Source: Methylacidiphilum caldifontis (GTDB taxonomy: Bacteria; Verrucomicrobiota; Verrucomicrobiia; Methylacidiphilales; CAMAQI01). From it: a DNA stretch of 64,000 bases. Where the stretch lies: positions 10,221 to 74,220 of the forward strand of contig CAMCSM010000001.1 in the NCBI GenBank assembly GCA_945877805.1, written 5' to 3'. The notes beneath the pieces are model-generated. The model was not told the DNA's origin and did no database searches. It saw only the letters and a list, made by a program, of their open reading frames with translations. Below are positions 10,063-20,478 of this stretch, piece by piece. How positions within the stretch are numbered: the first letter of the stretch is position 1; each line of letters opens with the position of its first letter. The position numbers were made by a program, and so were the translations under genes.

Positions 10063-12132
10063 TTACTCGTAGGTAAATTGCGCACTCGCTGTCGTCGGTT
10101 TTTCTGCAATAATTCGAAACCAGTATGAGGTAAACGCTTCTGGAAAGGTGTACTCGATGGTTTTACCGGCAGGAACGACAAAAGATTGGACGTTAGCCCA
10201 TTCTTTGTTGCCAGTGATATCCGCTTCGATTCGAAATTTCACACTTTCTTTACTGGTGTGAGAGAGGGCTAGACTCTTTTTATCATATCCCGTGGCGAGA
10301 TAAGGCTCGCTCGGTTTTTCTGCTTCGACGATGGTGTTGAGCCAAGGACCCCCATGGCCACGAGGTTTGCCGGCTTTCCAAATATCATCGATGGCTCCAA
10401 CCCAAAGGGCGGCCTTTCCATCGTTACTGCGAACAATATGTTCACTTGCAGGGGCGTCGGCGCGAACACCGGTCATGACAAACAGCCCTCGATAGGAACA
10501 ATAATCCATCACACCGAGATTGTGTGTGGAAATGGCCCGTGCCTTGATGAACCCTCCTGCGTTTTCTGCGGGCAGTTCGAAGAATGTTCCGTATGCGTTG
10601 AAAAGGTTGCGTTCAGTGGCTACTTCGCGGCAAACACGAATGGGAGCTGATTCAGGGAAGTTTGAGCTTCCTCGGGGAAGTCGCCAACGAGCGCCTTTGT
10701 CATCAGTATAGACGACAGAAGCGGCATCGGCGGTGAGAACTCCTGCCGGAATCGGATATTTGCGGGCAAACTCGAGGTCGGCGGATTCATTAACGGGATT
10801 AAGGTTAAGAGCGCTATCAAGCGAGTAGAGCCCCACTTCCTGTGCTGCAGTGTTCGCAAGAAAATGGAGATCCCTCTTGTCATTACCCCTAGCGAAAGCG
10901 ATGCCTCCTATTGCTTTATCATCTCCAAGTGCCGCAAGTCCTGAAAAAATCTCTGCGGGTTCTATACTGCGTTTATCTTCATTGGAAAAAGAGAATGCAG
11001 CCGTAACTTGATGGAGATCTTTTTCACAACGTAGGCGTACCCATTCTTGTTCAGCCTCAGGTCTTAATTCCAGCCAAGTCGCTTCGCCCGGTAGGACTGT
11101 TTTCTCACCTATCTTGACCCACCCATTGAGTTTAGCTGTGCTTGCTTCGATAATGATTGTGACAGGAGTGGAGCCGCCCTGTTTAAGGTGAAGACCGCGT
11201 CTTTGCCACCCAGCAATGCCAAATGGATCAGAGACGTTGCCTGCGGCGACCTCTTCATTCATCCAAACAGCACCGCGTCCGATAGCGGGACCGAGGTCAG
11301 ACAATCGCTCCCGTTTTACGAACCACAGGTTGGATTGCGACTGCGGCTCTGGAATTTTACCAGCCGCTTTTCGCTTATTGAGAAACTCTGCTTTTGCCGT
11401 GTCATCGCACCCAAGAACAACGCGATCCTTCCACCCACAAAAATCACCGATAACCTTTAAGTAACTCGACATCGGCGTAGGAGCATGAGCGTTTGTCGAG
11501 GAGAAATCACCAGGAAATTTCCAAAACATCCCGTGCATTGTCATGACATAATCCCCTTGACCGACATCGCGAATGCGCGGCCATTCTGTATTCCATCCAT
11601 GCGCACCGTCGTAACTATGGCTCGACTTGGGAAGACGAAAACTAGTCCATTTTCCACCATCGAGCACCTGCAAGATAAGCGATCGGTGATCCCAACCAAT
11701 GCTCCATAAGGGGTCGTTCGCCGGATCTTTTGCACCATAAATACCTCCGGGGCCGGTGACCTCCGTGAACTGGTTTCTGCGGACAACCGTCCATTTTTCC
11801 TCTTTACCGTTCCATTCAGCTAAAACGCCGCTCGGAACACTGGGGTTGATCAGCGCTTCTTTCGCATGATCTCCGTTATTTGAATAAACGATACGACCTT
11901 GTCCGCTGTAGAGTCCTTTACCGTGGTACCCAGGAAGATCGGAGTGACGTCCTTCCTTTTTGGCTTCATCCGCCCAAAGTTCGGTCACATTAAGTGTTTT
12001 AACATCCACCTCGTAAAGCCCTTCCTCCATCGTGGCGCAGTAAATTTTTCCTGCCGGATCCGTAAGATGCCTTGCATTACCGGTGGGACGGCCAAACATA
12101 TTGGAGTAAGGAATGGCGCGTACATTCCCCAT
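10063..12132 (-). CDS. conserved hypothetical protein, C-terminal 689 codons of an interrupted secreted protein
   Basis: Long ORF in the same frame as 12151..12486, separated from it by a single TGA plus 6 sense codons. Last gene of the esterase-GH95 operon. Confidence 0.7.
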   Translation of the reverse strand: MGNVRAIPYSNMFGRPTGNARHLTDPAGKIYCATMEEGLYEVDVKTLNVTELWADEAKKEGRHSDLPGYHGKGLYSGQGRIVYSNNGDHAKEALINPSVPSGVLAEWNGKEEKWTVVRRNQFTEVTGPGGIYGAKDPANDPLWSIGWDHRSLILQVLDGGKWTSFRLPKSSHSYDGAHGWNTEWPRIRDVGQGDYVMTMHGMFWKFPGDFSSTNAHAPTPMSSYLKVIGDFCGWKDRVVLGCDDTAKAEFLNKRKAAGKIPEPQSQSNLWFVKRERLSDLGPAIGRGAVWMNEEVAAGNVSDPFGIAGWQRRGLHLKQGGSTPVTIIIEASTAKLNGWVKIGEKTVLPGEATWLELRPEAEQEWVRLRCEKDLHQVTAAFSFSNEDKRSIEPAEIFSGLAALGDDKAIGGIAFARGNDKRDLHFLANTAAQEVGLYSLDSALNLNPVNESADLEFARKYPIPAGVLTADAASVVYTDDKGARWRLPRGSSNFPESAPIRVCREVATERNLFNAYGTFFELPAENAGGFIKARAISTHNLGVMDYCSYRGLFVMTGVRADAPASEHIVRSNDGKAALWVGAIDDIWKAGKPRGHGGPWLNTIVEAEKPSEPYLATGYDKKSLALSHTSKESVKFRIEADITGNKEWANVQSFVVPAGKTIEYTFPEAFTSYWFRIIAEKPTTASAQFTYE

Positions 12133-12150
12133 GAGGTCAATGGCGTAAGG

Positions 12151-12486
12151 TCAAATGAAAAGCTGATTAGACTCACGATGAATCATTCTGTTTGCAGGCG
12201 TTCCGCCAATACTCTCAGGCCGAATAATCTGCTCCAATCCCTCGGAAATCTCGTAGAGCTTGTCCGTCGAGCCCTTCGGCATATGGGGTGCATAAGTCAC
12301 GACCCAAAGACGCCCCGCCCAAGGAACGACCGCCCCCGTACCGCATTCGCCTTCTAAATTAAACATCGTAAGATGCGGATAGATCCCTGAGACGGAGCGA
12401 GGTTCATTTTCGGCAAAAGCCACACTCATCAAAGCGATCAGGGATATTGTCAATAACACTGAGCTTTTTTTCATAGTATTTTTCAT
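12151..12486 (-). CDS. N-terminal fragment (signal peptide plus 111 aa) of the same interrupted protein
   Basis: Signal peptide MKKSSVLLTISLIALMSVAFA. Ends at the TGA (12151-12153), which is in frame with the downstream 689-aa ORF. Confidence 0.6.
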   Translation of the reverse strand: MKNTMKKSSVLLTISLIALMSVAFAENEPRSVSGIYPHLTMFNLEGECGTGAVVPWAGRLWVVTYAPHMPKGSTDKLYEISEGLEQIIRPESIGGTPANRMIHRESNQLFI

Positions 12487-12488
12487 AA

Positions 12489-15176
12489 TTATATTTTTTC
12501 TGAGTTGATCGTTTTCTTTTCCCCATTGACCCGGATACTCACTTGTGACGGCTTAGAGGAGGAGATCCGGTAGGAGATGACCTTTCCATCCTTCCAATCG
12601 ATATCAACAATGAACCCCCCGCGGGCACGGAGCCCCTTAACGCTTCCTGTGGGCCAAGCTTTGGGGAGCGCGGGGAGTAGATGAATTTCATCAAGGTGGC
12701 TCTGGAGGAGCATTTCGCAGACCCCGGCGGTGTATCCAAAGTTACCATCAATCTGGAAAGGAGGACAGGTGTCGAACAGGTTAGGAAGAATGCCATGACG
12801 AAGAAGATCTGACACAAGTTTGTAAGCGCGATCTCCATCCTGTAGGCGAGCCCACAGATTGATCTTGTTAGCAATGCTCCAACCCGTGCTGATATCCCCT
12901 CGTGCATTCAATGAAATCCGTGCCGCTTCAGCAAGTGCCGGCGTCTTTTGCAAGGAGATCTGGCGGCCGGGATAAAGGGCAATTAAGTGGGAAATATGGC
13001 GATGCTTGTTTTCGGGAGTATCGAGGGTCCCCTCATGGGATTTAATCGATTTGAGCTCCTCCTGCCACTCCAGTAATTGCCCCCAGCTGCCGATCTTTGG
13101 TGGAAGGAGATGCGCTTTTTTGTCGACAAGCATCTTGCGGAACTCAGCGTCCACTCCAAGGGCTTCTGAAGCCTCAATGGTGCTATTAAAAAGATCCCAT
13201 ACCCACTGTTGATCAAATGAGATTCCCTCCTGTTTGGGGCCCTGCTCAGGAGAGAGACCCACAGGGGTGACAAGAGTTCCGTCCGGTTTGGTAATCAGGC
13301 TGGCGAGCCAGTATTCACAGACCTCTTTCATGGCGGGGTAGGCCCGGTTACGCAGATACTCTTTATCTCCCGTGTATCGATAATGATCGTAGCTATTTTG
13401 AAGCAGCCAAGCACTAGCGCCCGGCACCCAATCCCAAGTAGATCCGCCAAAAAGCCCGCTCTCACCCTTTATAATCCAACCAGGTTTATTAAATGTTTTC
13501 AGAGTTTCTGCAGTTCGTACTCCGCGGATGGAGTTAATCCAATCGGCATAGGGCTGGAAGCACTCGGAAAGATTCGCCACATCAGTAGGCCAGTAGTTCA
13601 TCTGAACGTTGATGTCGGTGTGATAATCACAGCGCCAAGGCGGCCGATTGGAATTATTCCATTTCCCTTGGAGATTCGCCGGCAAACTGCCTGGTCGTGA
13701 AGAGGAGATCATGAGGTATCGGCCATACTGGAAAAGCAGGGACTCCAAGCCATAGTCCACCGCCCCTGGCTTACCGAGATTGGCCAGTCGGACGTTCGTA
13801 GGCAGCGAGGAATCGCCCGGTCCAATGTCGAGCGTCACTCGTTTGAACAACGACTGATAATCGCGGATATGTTCGGTAAGCAGATCATCCCATGAACGTT
13901 TAAGGGCGGCATCAAGCCTCGCCGTGACTTTGGCGTGCGGAGCTTCGCCTTTCCATCCCTTTCCGCTATCTTGCACAAAATCCGTTCCTGCGCTGAGAAT
14001 AAACGTAATGGAGTCGGCGTTTTTGAAGAGAATATTTCCAGATTTGGTCTCGATGGTACCTCCCTGATTGAGTACCGCCAACTCCGCTTCATAGCTCAGA
14101 GCAATCTTGTACGGCTCAGGTTTTTTGACATACTGGTAACCTTCCAGTGAACCTGAACATACGATACGATTGCCGGATGAGGAAACCGTCCCCTTGTGCA
14201 GATCAAGTCCCTTGTGCGCATCTTGAATCTCCACCATTCCGCTGAGCGAACCAGGCTTGTTGGCGGTGAAACGAAAGACCATAACCTTGGCTGGATAACT
14301 CGCAAATGCCTCACGTTTATATTTTACTCCATCCTTTTCGTAGGTAACCGTATGCAGTGCCCGTTCGATATCAAGCTCACGTCGGTAAACGGACGGTGGT
14401 GATGGTTGTACCGGATTTTTGGGAAGCGAAATGTTTCCGAGTGCGATTTCGGCGATTTGAAAATAGGGATCACCTTGATTTTCCAGAAATTCAAAGCGAT
14501 AATAAGGATAGCTGATTTTATTTTCGAATTGAAAGGATTTCGCTAATTTTCTGGACTCCCACTCGGCGACACCCTTACGTTCATCCAAGATTTTCCAGTT
14601 TTTACCATCCTGCGATCCGAGAAAGCGCCAAGCCTTGGGGTCACGCTTGGGAACGTCTCCTGCTGATGTCAGGCTGTAGCTGGTGATGGCACTATTTTGA
14701 AGTTCCTCTGGAACTTTAGCCTGCCAGATGATAGGGAAAACCCGATTATGCCCGAAACACCATTTTGTATCGGGATTACCGTCGACAGAATCTTGGATCC
14801 CCTGATCGACCGAATCCTTATGATCACTTGTACAACTGACAAAATCCTCAAGCACATTTCCAACATGGACAAAGATATTGCCGAATGCCTGATAGGCCCC
14901 TGTGTCATTCTCATCACCGATCCAAAGGCTTTCTTCGTTAAATTGAATTTGTTCGCGGTCAGCACCGCCAAACAACATGGCCCCCATGAAACCGTTACCG
15001 ATAGGCAAAGCTTCCTGCTCCCATTGCGTGGCGGGCTGGTCATAGCGCAGAACCAATTCACTCGATCTGGCCGGACTGGCTATATCTGACGCTTTGGCCG
15101 TTGATAGGGCAATCAACCCTAAAAACATAAAACGTCTGAAATGGGAGGTTAACATAAAGGTTGAAGTTTCGTTCAT
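12489..15176 (-). CDS. GH95 alpha-L-fucosidase with an inserted F5/8 type C (CBM32-like) domain
   Basis: 895 aa with GH95 blocks EALPIGNGFMGAMLFGG, NLQGKWN and DYHTDINVQMNYWP. A discoidin-like insert (DGNPDTKWC...WRFLGSQDGKNWKILDER) spans about 14426-14864. Confidence 0.85.
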   Translation of the reverse strand: MNETSTFMLTSHFRRFMFLGLIALSTAKASDIASPARSSELVLRYDQPATQWEQEALPIGNGFMGAMLFGGADREQIQFNEESLWIGDENDTGAYQAFGNIFVHVGNVLEDFVSCTSDHKDSVDQGIQDSVDGNPDTKWCFGHNRVFPIIWQAKVPEELQNSAITSYSLTSAGDVPKRDPKAWRFLGSQDGKNWKILDERKGVAEWESRKLAKSFQFENKISYPYYRFEFLENQGDPYFQIAEIALGNISLPKNPVQPSPPSVYRRELDIERALHTVTYEKDGVKYKREAFASYPAKVMVFRFTANKPGSLSGMVEIQDAHKGLDLHKGTVSSSGNRIVCSGSLEGYQYVKKPEPYKIALSYEAELAVLNQGGTIETKSGNILFKNADSITFILSAGTDFVQDSGKGWKGEAPHAKVTARLDAALKRSWDDLLTEHIRDYQSLFKRVTLDIGPGDSSLPTNVRLANLGKPGAVDYGLESLLFQYGRYLMISSSRPGSLPANLQGKWNNSNRPPWRCDYHTDINVQMNYWPTDVANLSECFQPYADWINSIRGVRTAETLKTFNKPGWIIKGESGLFGGSTWDWVPGASAWLLQNSYDHYRYTGDKEYLRNRAYPAMKEVCEYWLASLITKPDGTLVTPVGLSPEQGPKQEGISFDQQWVWDLFNSTIEASEALGVDAEFRKMLVDKKAHLLPPKIGSWGQLLEWQEELKSIKSHEGTLDTPENKHRHISHLIALYPGRQISLQKTPALAEAARISLNARGDISTGWSIANKINLWARLQDGDRAYKLVSDLLRHGILPNLFDTCPPFQIDGNFGYTAGVCEMLLQSHLDEIHLLPALPKAWPTGSVKGLRARGGFIVDIDWKDGKVISYRISSSKPSQVSIRVNGEKKTINSEKI

Positions 15177-15229
15177 AGACTGGCTGCTTGGCTGGTGATC
15201 ACAGATAGTTGAGCTATTATCGATCGTCG

Positions 15230-16723
15230 CTATTTTATCTCGATGGTAAATGGTGAAGCAGGTAGGTTTTTTCGATTCGCTAAGTTAACATCCAGTTCTT
15301 TATGACCCATATCGCGTTCAGATCCATAGCGAACGTAACGGGGCTGAGCATCCCCCCAGGCGCTCAACCACACGTGATCCCCTTCGATCGTCGCCTCCGC
15401 TTTCGTGAATTTTTGATTCTCCCCCGCAACATAAAATCCTCGGAGCCCCTTTTCGTCTATTGATTTGAGACCACTTTTTGCAAAATCAAAATTCAATCGG
15501 ATTTTCCCCTCTTCAAGATGCCCTTCCTTGATCATCGGTCCCGAATAATCCTCCTCCCGATCAATTCCATAAACCAACGCTTTTGCGGCAAGCGCCAATC
15601 TTTCACCTACCGGCTGCTTCGTAGCAGGATGAATGGGGTGATATATGAGATGCGCATTCGTAGGTGGCTTTGGAAGCTCGGACTCCCTTGAAAGATCGAT
15701 GGTAACAGCCATAAAAGAGAATGGAATGGATTGAGCAATTTTTCGCTGCACATCTCGAAATTCGTGCCAAATCGTTTGTTCATAACGCGCCAGTTGAACA
15801 ATATAAAAGGGCATCTTCAAATCATCAAAAAGAGTCCGCCAATCTTCCACCATTGCAGTAAAGAGTTTTTCCTGCTCAGCCCAAGCCCCTGCATTTGCCT
15901 CCCCTTGATACCATATCACACCACGAATGGAGAAAGGGATCACTGTTGTTAACATCCGTTCATAGCAAAAACTCGGAGTAAGTTGATTCATCGCTTTCGC
16001 CGATTCTTGTTTAAAATAAAAAAGCTGATCATAATTAGGAATCTTTTGAAACATCTCGGCACGACACCATGACTCCGTGGTACTTGCACCGCGGGAACAA
16101 TGAATGATGGCGATGGGAATATTAAGCGATTGCCTGAGAGCGTAGGCAAAATGGTAACCAACCGCACTCCACTTTCCCAATACATCACTTTGAGCACTCT
16201 CCCAAGAAGTTCCTAAAGGCCCTCCTTTGGAATCTTTCGCTAAAAGAGCCGTTGATACAGTAAAAAAACGAAGGAGAGGATCAGAAGGCCTTAGCATCGA
16301 CTCCTCTCCCTCTTTCGTCATATCTAACCGCATCTCCATATTGGATTGCCCGGAAGCCAGCCAAACCTCTCCCACCAAGACATTTGAAATCTTCCGTACC
16401 AGCTTTCCTCCTGAAAAAATCTTAATTTCAAGCACTTGTCCCTCCGCTTTTTGAGGAGGAAACTCCACCATCCAACGATTCCCATTGAAAAGAGCGGCTT
16501 TTTTCTCCCCCAAAAACTCCACCTCCACCGACTTTTCGGGATTCCCCTCTCCAAAGACACGGACTGGTTTCTCCTGTTGAATCACCATCCCGTTCGAAAA
16601 TAGATCAGGAATAATAAGCCGATCTATTTCTTGACCTGCAGCAAACTCAAAATAAAAAAACGCTCCAATAACTAAAATCCGAAATAATAATAAAAAATAT
16701 TTACTCATTTGTGGAGACCTCAT
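15230..16723 (-). CDS. sialate O-acetylesterase (SASA family)
   Basis: Contains the VWLASGQSNMEM catalytic block and a signal or TM N-terminus. The track ORF begins at a TTG (16738); the ATG at 16723 or 16708 is more likely. Confidence 0.8.
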   Translation of the reverse strand: MRSPQMSKYFLLLFRILVIGAFFYFEFAAGQEIDRLIIPDLFSNGMVIQQEKPVRVFGEGNPEKSVEVEFLGEKKAALFNGNRWMVEFPPQKAEGQVLEIKIFSGGKLVRKISNVLVGEVWLASGQSNMEMRLDMTKEGEESMLRPSDPLLRFFTVSTALLAKDSKGGPLGTSWESAQSDVLGKWSAVGYHFAYALRQSLNIPIAIIHCSRGASTTESWCRAEMFQKIPNYDQLFYFKQESAKAMNQLTPSFCYERMLTTVIPFSIRGVIWYQGEANAGAWAEQEKLFTAMVEDWRTLFDDLKMPFYIVQLARYEQTIWHEFRDVQRKIAQSIPFSFMAVTIDLSRESELPKPPTNAHLIYHPIHPATKQPVGERLALAAKALVYGIDREEDYSGPMIKEGHLEEGKIRLNFDFAKSGLKSIDEKGLRGFYVAGENQKFTKAEATIEGDHVWLSAWGDAQPRYVRYGSERDMGHKELDVNLANRKNLPASPFTIEIK

Positions 16724-16727
16724 TAAA

Positions 16728-16753
16728 CAATAATACAAGAGCTTGTATTATTG
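16728..16753. promoter_or_regulatory. candidate operator, 26-bp palindrome containing TACAA-N4-TTGTA (site 1)
   Basis: caataatacaag-ag-cttgtattattg has 12-bp perfect arms and lies directly upstream of the esterase-GH95 operon start. Confidence 0.55.
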
Positions 16754-16810
16754 TCAAATTAAAACCGCCTTATCCGATTAATCTTAGAGTAGGCCAGACG
16801 AAGTGATGAG

Positions 16811-19800
16811 CTAATCTGCGACATGCTCAACCTCAAGATCGAGCACTTTTCCGGTCTGTCGATCGATACTCGCATGCACCCAAGCACGTCGCTCTCCATG
16901 AGTCGAGAATCGACCGGTCTCTTTTGATGTTTTTCCCGTCTGACTCACAATATCAACCATGATCTGCCATGTGGAGTTACTGTGACTCTCCACCCACGAT
17001 CTCAGGACCGACTCCGACTCCTGCTTCACTTGAGAAATTGCCCCCCCCTTCTCCTGATCCATTCCGGGAAGTTTTAAGATTTGACTAGCGAAGTCGGAGT
17101 TTCGTTCGATCGATACAATGGTTTTGCTCGACTGCTCCGTAAGCTCCCGGGCTTGTGTAGAACTTAAGACCATCGGCGCCTGAGAGCGATAGTTCATAAA
17201 GGCTCCGGAGAGAATCGCCTGACGAATAGGTAGAGGCGCCTGCACAAAATCAACCCGCCCCGAGGAGATCTCCCCCTCCTCCAAACAAAAGACATCAAGC
17301 AATGGAAGATCCCCGCTCTTGTTGGTGAAAAAATCAAGAGTCTTCCCGGGAAGGTCGCGAAAGACATACCCCAACTCTCCAATCGAACGAAACGGACGGT
17401 TGAGTACCGGCGTTCTTGTCAGAAAATTTCCGGGAATCGTTGGAAAATCAGCATCATTCAAATAAGCAGCATCCCCAGGCCGAAGGATCGACGCCCCACT
17501 GGAGTCAAGTTCTGTATAACGAACGGCACTTGTCGTTCGATTAATCCATACATCTGAAATAGGAGCATTTCTATACCCCGACTTTAAACTGGAATAACTC
17601 CAAGAATTTCGGTTATTGAGCAATCCACTAAAAATATTGTTAACTAGAAAGCCCCAATTGGGCCCCCCATATACCATATCCCAATTGCTGTTGAGATTAT
17701 TTACATCTTTAGTCCATTTAGCCTGACTACGGATCGAAACCCCGGGAGTCGCCCGCGAATCAATGGGTCCCCCACTTGTGGTATTAAGAAAATGCCTATA
17801 TTGAAAACCTAACCGGGATCCCCGAGGGTCTGCTCTCATATAGGAGGCTTTCGCACTTCCTCTTTGCCAAGCACTATAAAAATTTAAAGTCGTTATGTTA
17901 AGGTTATTCACCGCATACTGTGATGAATCTACCGTATCAAAGGTGAAGGCGGTTTGCGGAGAGTCGTGAGCAATTACGCAAAAGGAGTAGTTTGAAAGAG
18001 GTAAATTCGTGACCAGCTCAAATCGTTGATAAGGAACCCATAGTGTTCCTACATAAACACCAAGCTCCATCGTAAAAGGGGTATCACTCGATAAACCGGT
18101 AATCGGCGATATTCTTTGAAATAAGAGACTCGCATAATTTCGATTTTTTAATCCTAAATCTGTCCCTCCTGAGTACGCAACACTCGGAAATGCTCCTGCT
18201 CCAGTTGAGCAGTATCTTCCTATGGCATCTACGGGCTTTCCTGCATTGGGGGCCCCCACCTTGAGAGTAATTGCAGGATCGGGAGTCGTTCGACTGGAAA
18301 TTAAAATCTCATTTTGAGCGTTGGGCGCCGTGCTTGTAGGGAGGCCCGGAAGAGAGCCAAGAACAGCGGGCTCACCAAAGGACTTTGAGCTCGGTAAGGA
18401 AAATGAAACCTGCTTTCCGGCAAAAATTGTTGATGTCGGAACATTAGGGGTCATTCCTGCATTCACCGTTAGGTACCCCCCAGTAGGAAGATTTGCCATA
18501 GCTCCCAACTCCAAATAAGACTGACCCTCGAGTAACTTCACAGATCCCGATGAAATGCTCTCTCCGCGATATCCTTTTAAAACAGAGCATGGATTTTGAT
18601 GGGGATTCCAAAGCTCAAACTGCATCCACGCTTCTGCTGATGAATTATTATTGGGACGTAAAAAATTGTATACAATTTCATTCAGATAAGGAAGATTCTC
18701 CGTTCCAATCGCCAAATTTTGATTCACAGAAGAATAGGTCTGATACCCTGAAGGCCAATTAAGAGCAATCAAGGCCGTTGACGGTTTGATTAAATCCGAA
18801 AAACCAGTCTCCACTATTGTCGGTAAATCATCGGAATCCCATTGATCGATAATATTACATCCGATTTGGAGTAAGTGAAAATCGGTCGATTGATCAATTC
18901 CGTTTCTGAGGGTCACCGTCGTGCCACTCACATAATAACTACACGCAATCCCCCCCGAAACCCCGAGACTTCCGGGAACAATCGTCGCCTTGAGCCATTC
19001 GAAGAAATCGGGCTCTCTTCCTTGACTCATCACCTCCGTCAAACTTTTGATTTTCGTCGCCGGGGTCAAACCGTTCCCCTCGGGAGAAACATAGACAAAC
19101 CGATTTTTTTGGGAATCCCATTTCAATCCAAAATGTTTTAAAATTGCCTTCTCTTTTTTGGAATCGCTGAGGCTTCCATCCGCATTTCTGGAATTAAACC
19201 AATCGAGTCGTGCTAAAGGGAATTTTCGTGCGAAAAAGGGATCCCCCTCCTCCACAACATAAGAATCCAGTGTTCCATCCACACGATAATATTCAAAGGT
19301 CCTCTTTTTTGGCGCCAGATAGGAGGTTTGAGTCAAAAGAGCGAGTTCGGGACGATTCACCGCGCTCGAATGATGTCGAAAATAAGGTTCAACCCCTTCC
19401 CCTTCATTTTCATGAATGAAATTCAAAAGATCCTGACGTCCTAAAAAAATATTCTGACCCTCTTTTAATTTTTCCTGATCCTGATAAAGTACCCCCTGTG
19501 TCGGAGTCCCTGATGAAAAAGACTCTTTCCCATAAAGCCATTTTTCATATTTTTGAGGACTCGATTCATCCGGTAAACGCCACCGGACCGCTTGATCTCC
19601 GATTTTCGAGGCCCTCTCCGAAATTTGAGTTAAATCCGCGCAGATCGTCCGTCCTCTGTACATATCGTAGCGATAGCTTTTATTCGCTTCCGGGTAGTGA
19701 GGATCGGGTCCATCCCCAAGCCTGTTAAATCCTTCCGGTTTTCCGCAAATATTCAGATCCAAAAGCCCATTCACTTGGTAGGCTAAGTAAGCATAACGAC

Positions 19801-20365
19801 TTATGGAAGAGTTCTCTTTTTTATTATCCGCATCGATCCATTCCGGAAGTTCATCTTGCGATAACGGTTCTTTAAAAAAAAGGGGCTTGTTCCAGAGCTT
19901 TGCACTGACAGAGCGTCCATTCTCCTGATCATCTGAAATTCCTCCCTTTGCCTCTTTTCCCTGTTCCTCAAAAAAACCTCCCTCCAAGAAAGAATCAGAC
20001 GAATTCGGAATGATCGGTATCGGAAAAGAAGAACTGCGGCGTAGGTAACACAATTTATCGCTATTTTGAGTAGGACTCGATAGACTGTTCAACCCCCACT
20101 TGGCAGGAGAGAGCGAGAGCGATTCCCCTCTGTTTTTTCGCCGCGACACTTCTCTCGCCTCGTTCTGGAGTTCCGCAATGACTTGGTCCACCGCCATACG
20201 CTCCGATTCATACCCCACCACCTGATCAGAATACGAGTACGCCATTGAATAATCAGCTTGAGAGCGGATACTCCACAGCACCAAAGTTCCCGTCAATAGA
20301 GAACTAAAAATGAGAACAAGAATAAGGGCAAACCCTTTTCTTTTTAAATAATTATGCTTTCTCAT
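16811..20365 (-). CDS. giant GspK-like pseudopilin-family protein (resembles Verru_Chthon cassette protein A)
   Basis: 1184 aa. The N-terminus RKGFALILVLIFSSLLTGTL is a pseudopilin-type hydrophobic segment lacking the Glu at +5, as in GspK. The rest has no recognisable domain. Divergent from the prepilin-type genes. Confidence 0.6.
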   Translation of the reverse strand: MRKHNYLKRKGFALILVLIFSSLLTGTLVLWSIRSQADYSMAYSYSDQVVGYESERMAVDQVIAELQNEAREVSRRKNRGESLSLSPAKWGLNSLSSPTQNSDKLCYLRRSSSFPIPIIPNSSDSFLEGGFFEEQGKEAKGGISDDQENGRSVSAKLWNKPLFFKEPLSQDELPEWIDADNKKENSSISRYAYLAYQVNGLLDLNICGKPEGFNRLGDGPDPHYPEANKSYRYDMYRGRTICADLTQISERASKIGDQAVRWRLPDESSPQKYEKWLYGKESFSSGTPTQGVLYQDQEKLKEGQNIFLGRQDLLNFIHENEGEGVEPYFRHHSSAVNRPELALLTQTSYLAPKKRTFEYYRVDGTLDSYVVEEGDPFFARKFPLARLDWFNSRNADGSLSDSKKEKAILKHFGLKWDSQKNRFVYVSPEGNGLTPATKIKSLTEVMSQGREPDFFEWLKATIVPGSLGVSGGIACSYYVSGTTVTLRNGIDQSTDFHLLQIGCNIIDQWDSDDLPTIVETGFSDLIKPSTALIALNWPSGYQTYSSVNQNLAIGTENLPYLNEIVYNFLRPNNNSSAEAWMQFELWNPHQNPCSVLKGYRGESISSGSVKLLEGQSYLELGAMANLPTGGYLTVNAGMTPNVPTSTIFAGKQVSFSLPSSKSFGEPAVLGSLPGLPTSTAPNAQNEILISSRTTPDPAITLKVGAPNAGKPVDAIGRYCSTGAGAFPSVAYSGGTDLGLKNRNYASLLFQRISPITGLSSDTPFTMELGVYVGTLWVPYQRFELVTNLPLSNYSFCVIAHDSPQTAFTFDTVDSSQYAVNNLNITTLNFYSAWQRGSAKASYMRADPRGSRLGFQYRHFLNTTSGGPIDSRATPGVSIRSQAKWTKDVNNLNSNWDMVYGGPNWGFLVNNIFSGLLNNRNSWSYSSLKSGYRNAPISDVWINRTTSAVRYTELDSSGASILRPGDAAYLNDADFPTIPGNFLTRTPVLNRPFRSIGELGYVFRDLPGKTLDFFTNKSGDLPLLDVFCLEEGEISSGRVDFVQAPLPIRQAILSGAFMNYRSQAPMVLSSTQARELTEQSSKTIVSIERNSDFASQILKLPGMDQEKGGAISQVKQESESVLRSWVESHSNSTWQIMVDIVSQTGKTSKETGRFSTHGERRAWVHASIDRQTGKVLDLEVEHVAD

Positions 20366-20413
20366 TTTGAATTTATTGAATATAATCTAACTCCAAAAAT
20401 GTTCAAGCATCAA

Positions 20414-20431
20414 AATACAAGGGATTGTAAT
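20414..20431. promoter_or_regulatory. candidate operator TACAA-GGGA-TTGTA (site 2)
   Basis: aatacaagggattgtaat lies in the 113-bp divergent region between the 1184-aa gene and the pseudopilin operon. Confidence 0.5.
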
Positions 20432-20478
20432 ATTCATATTGATTCTTTTACAGAAAGCCTTATATTCTAAATCACACT

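Noticed and set aside
12151-12153. Genome-wide reassignment of TGA (code 4 or 25) as the explanation for the in-frame stop
   Set aside because: TGA terminates other well-supported genes here, for example the pseudopilin at 20947-20949 (with ATGA coupling) and the antitoxin at 55348-55350. The standard code applies.
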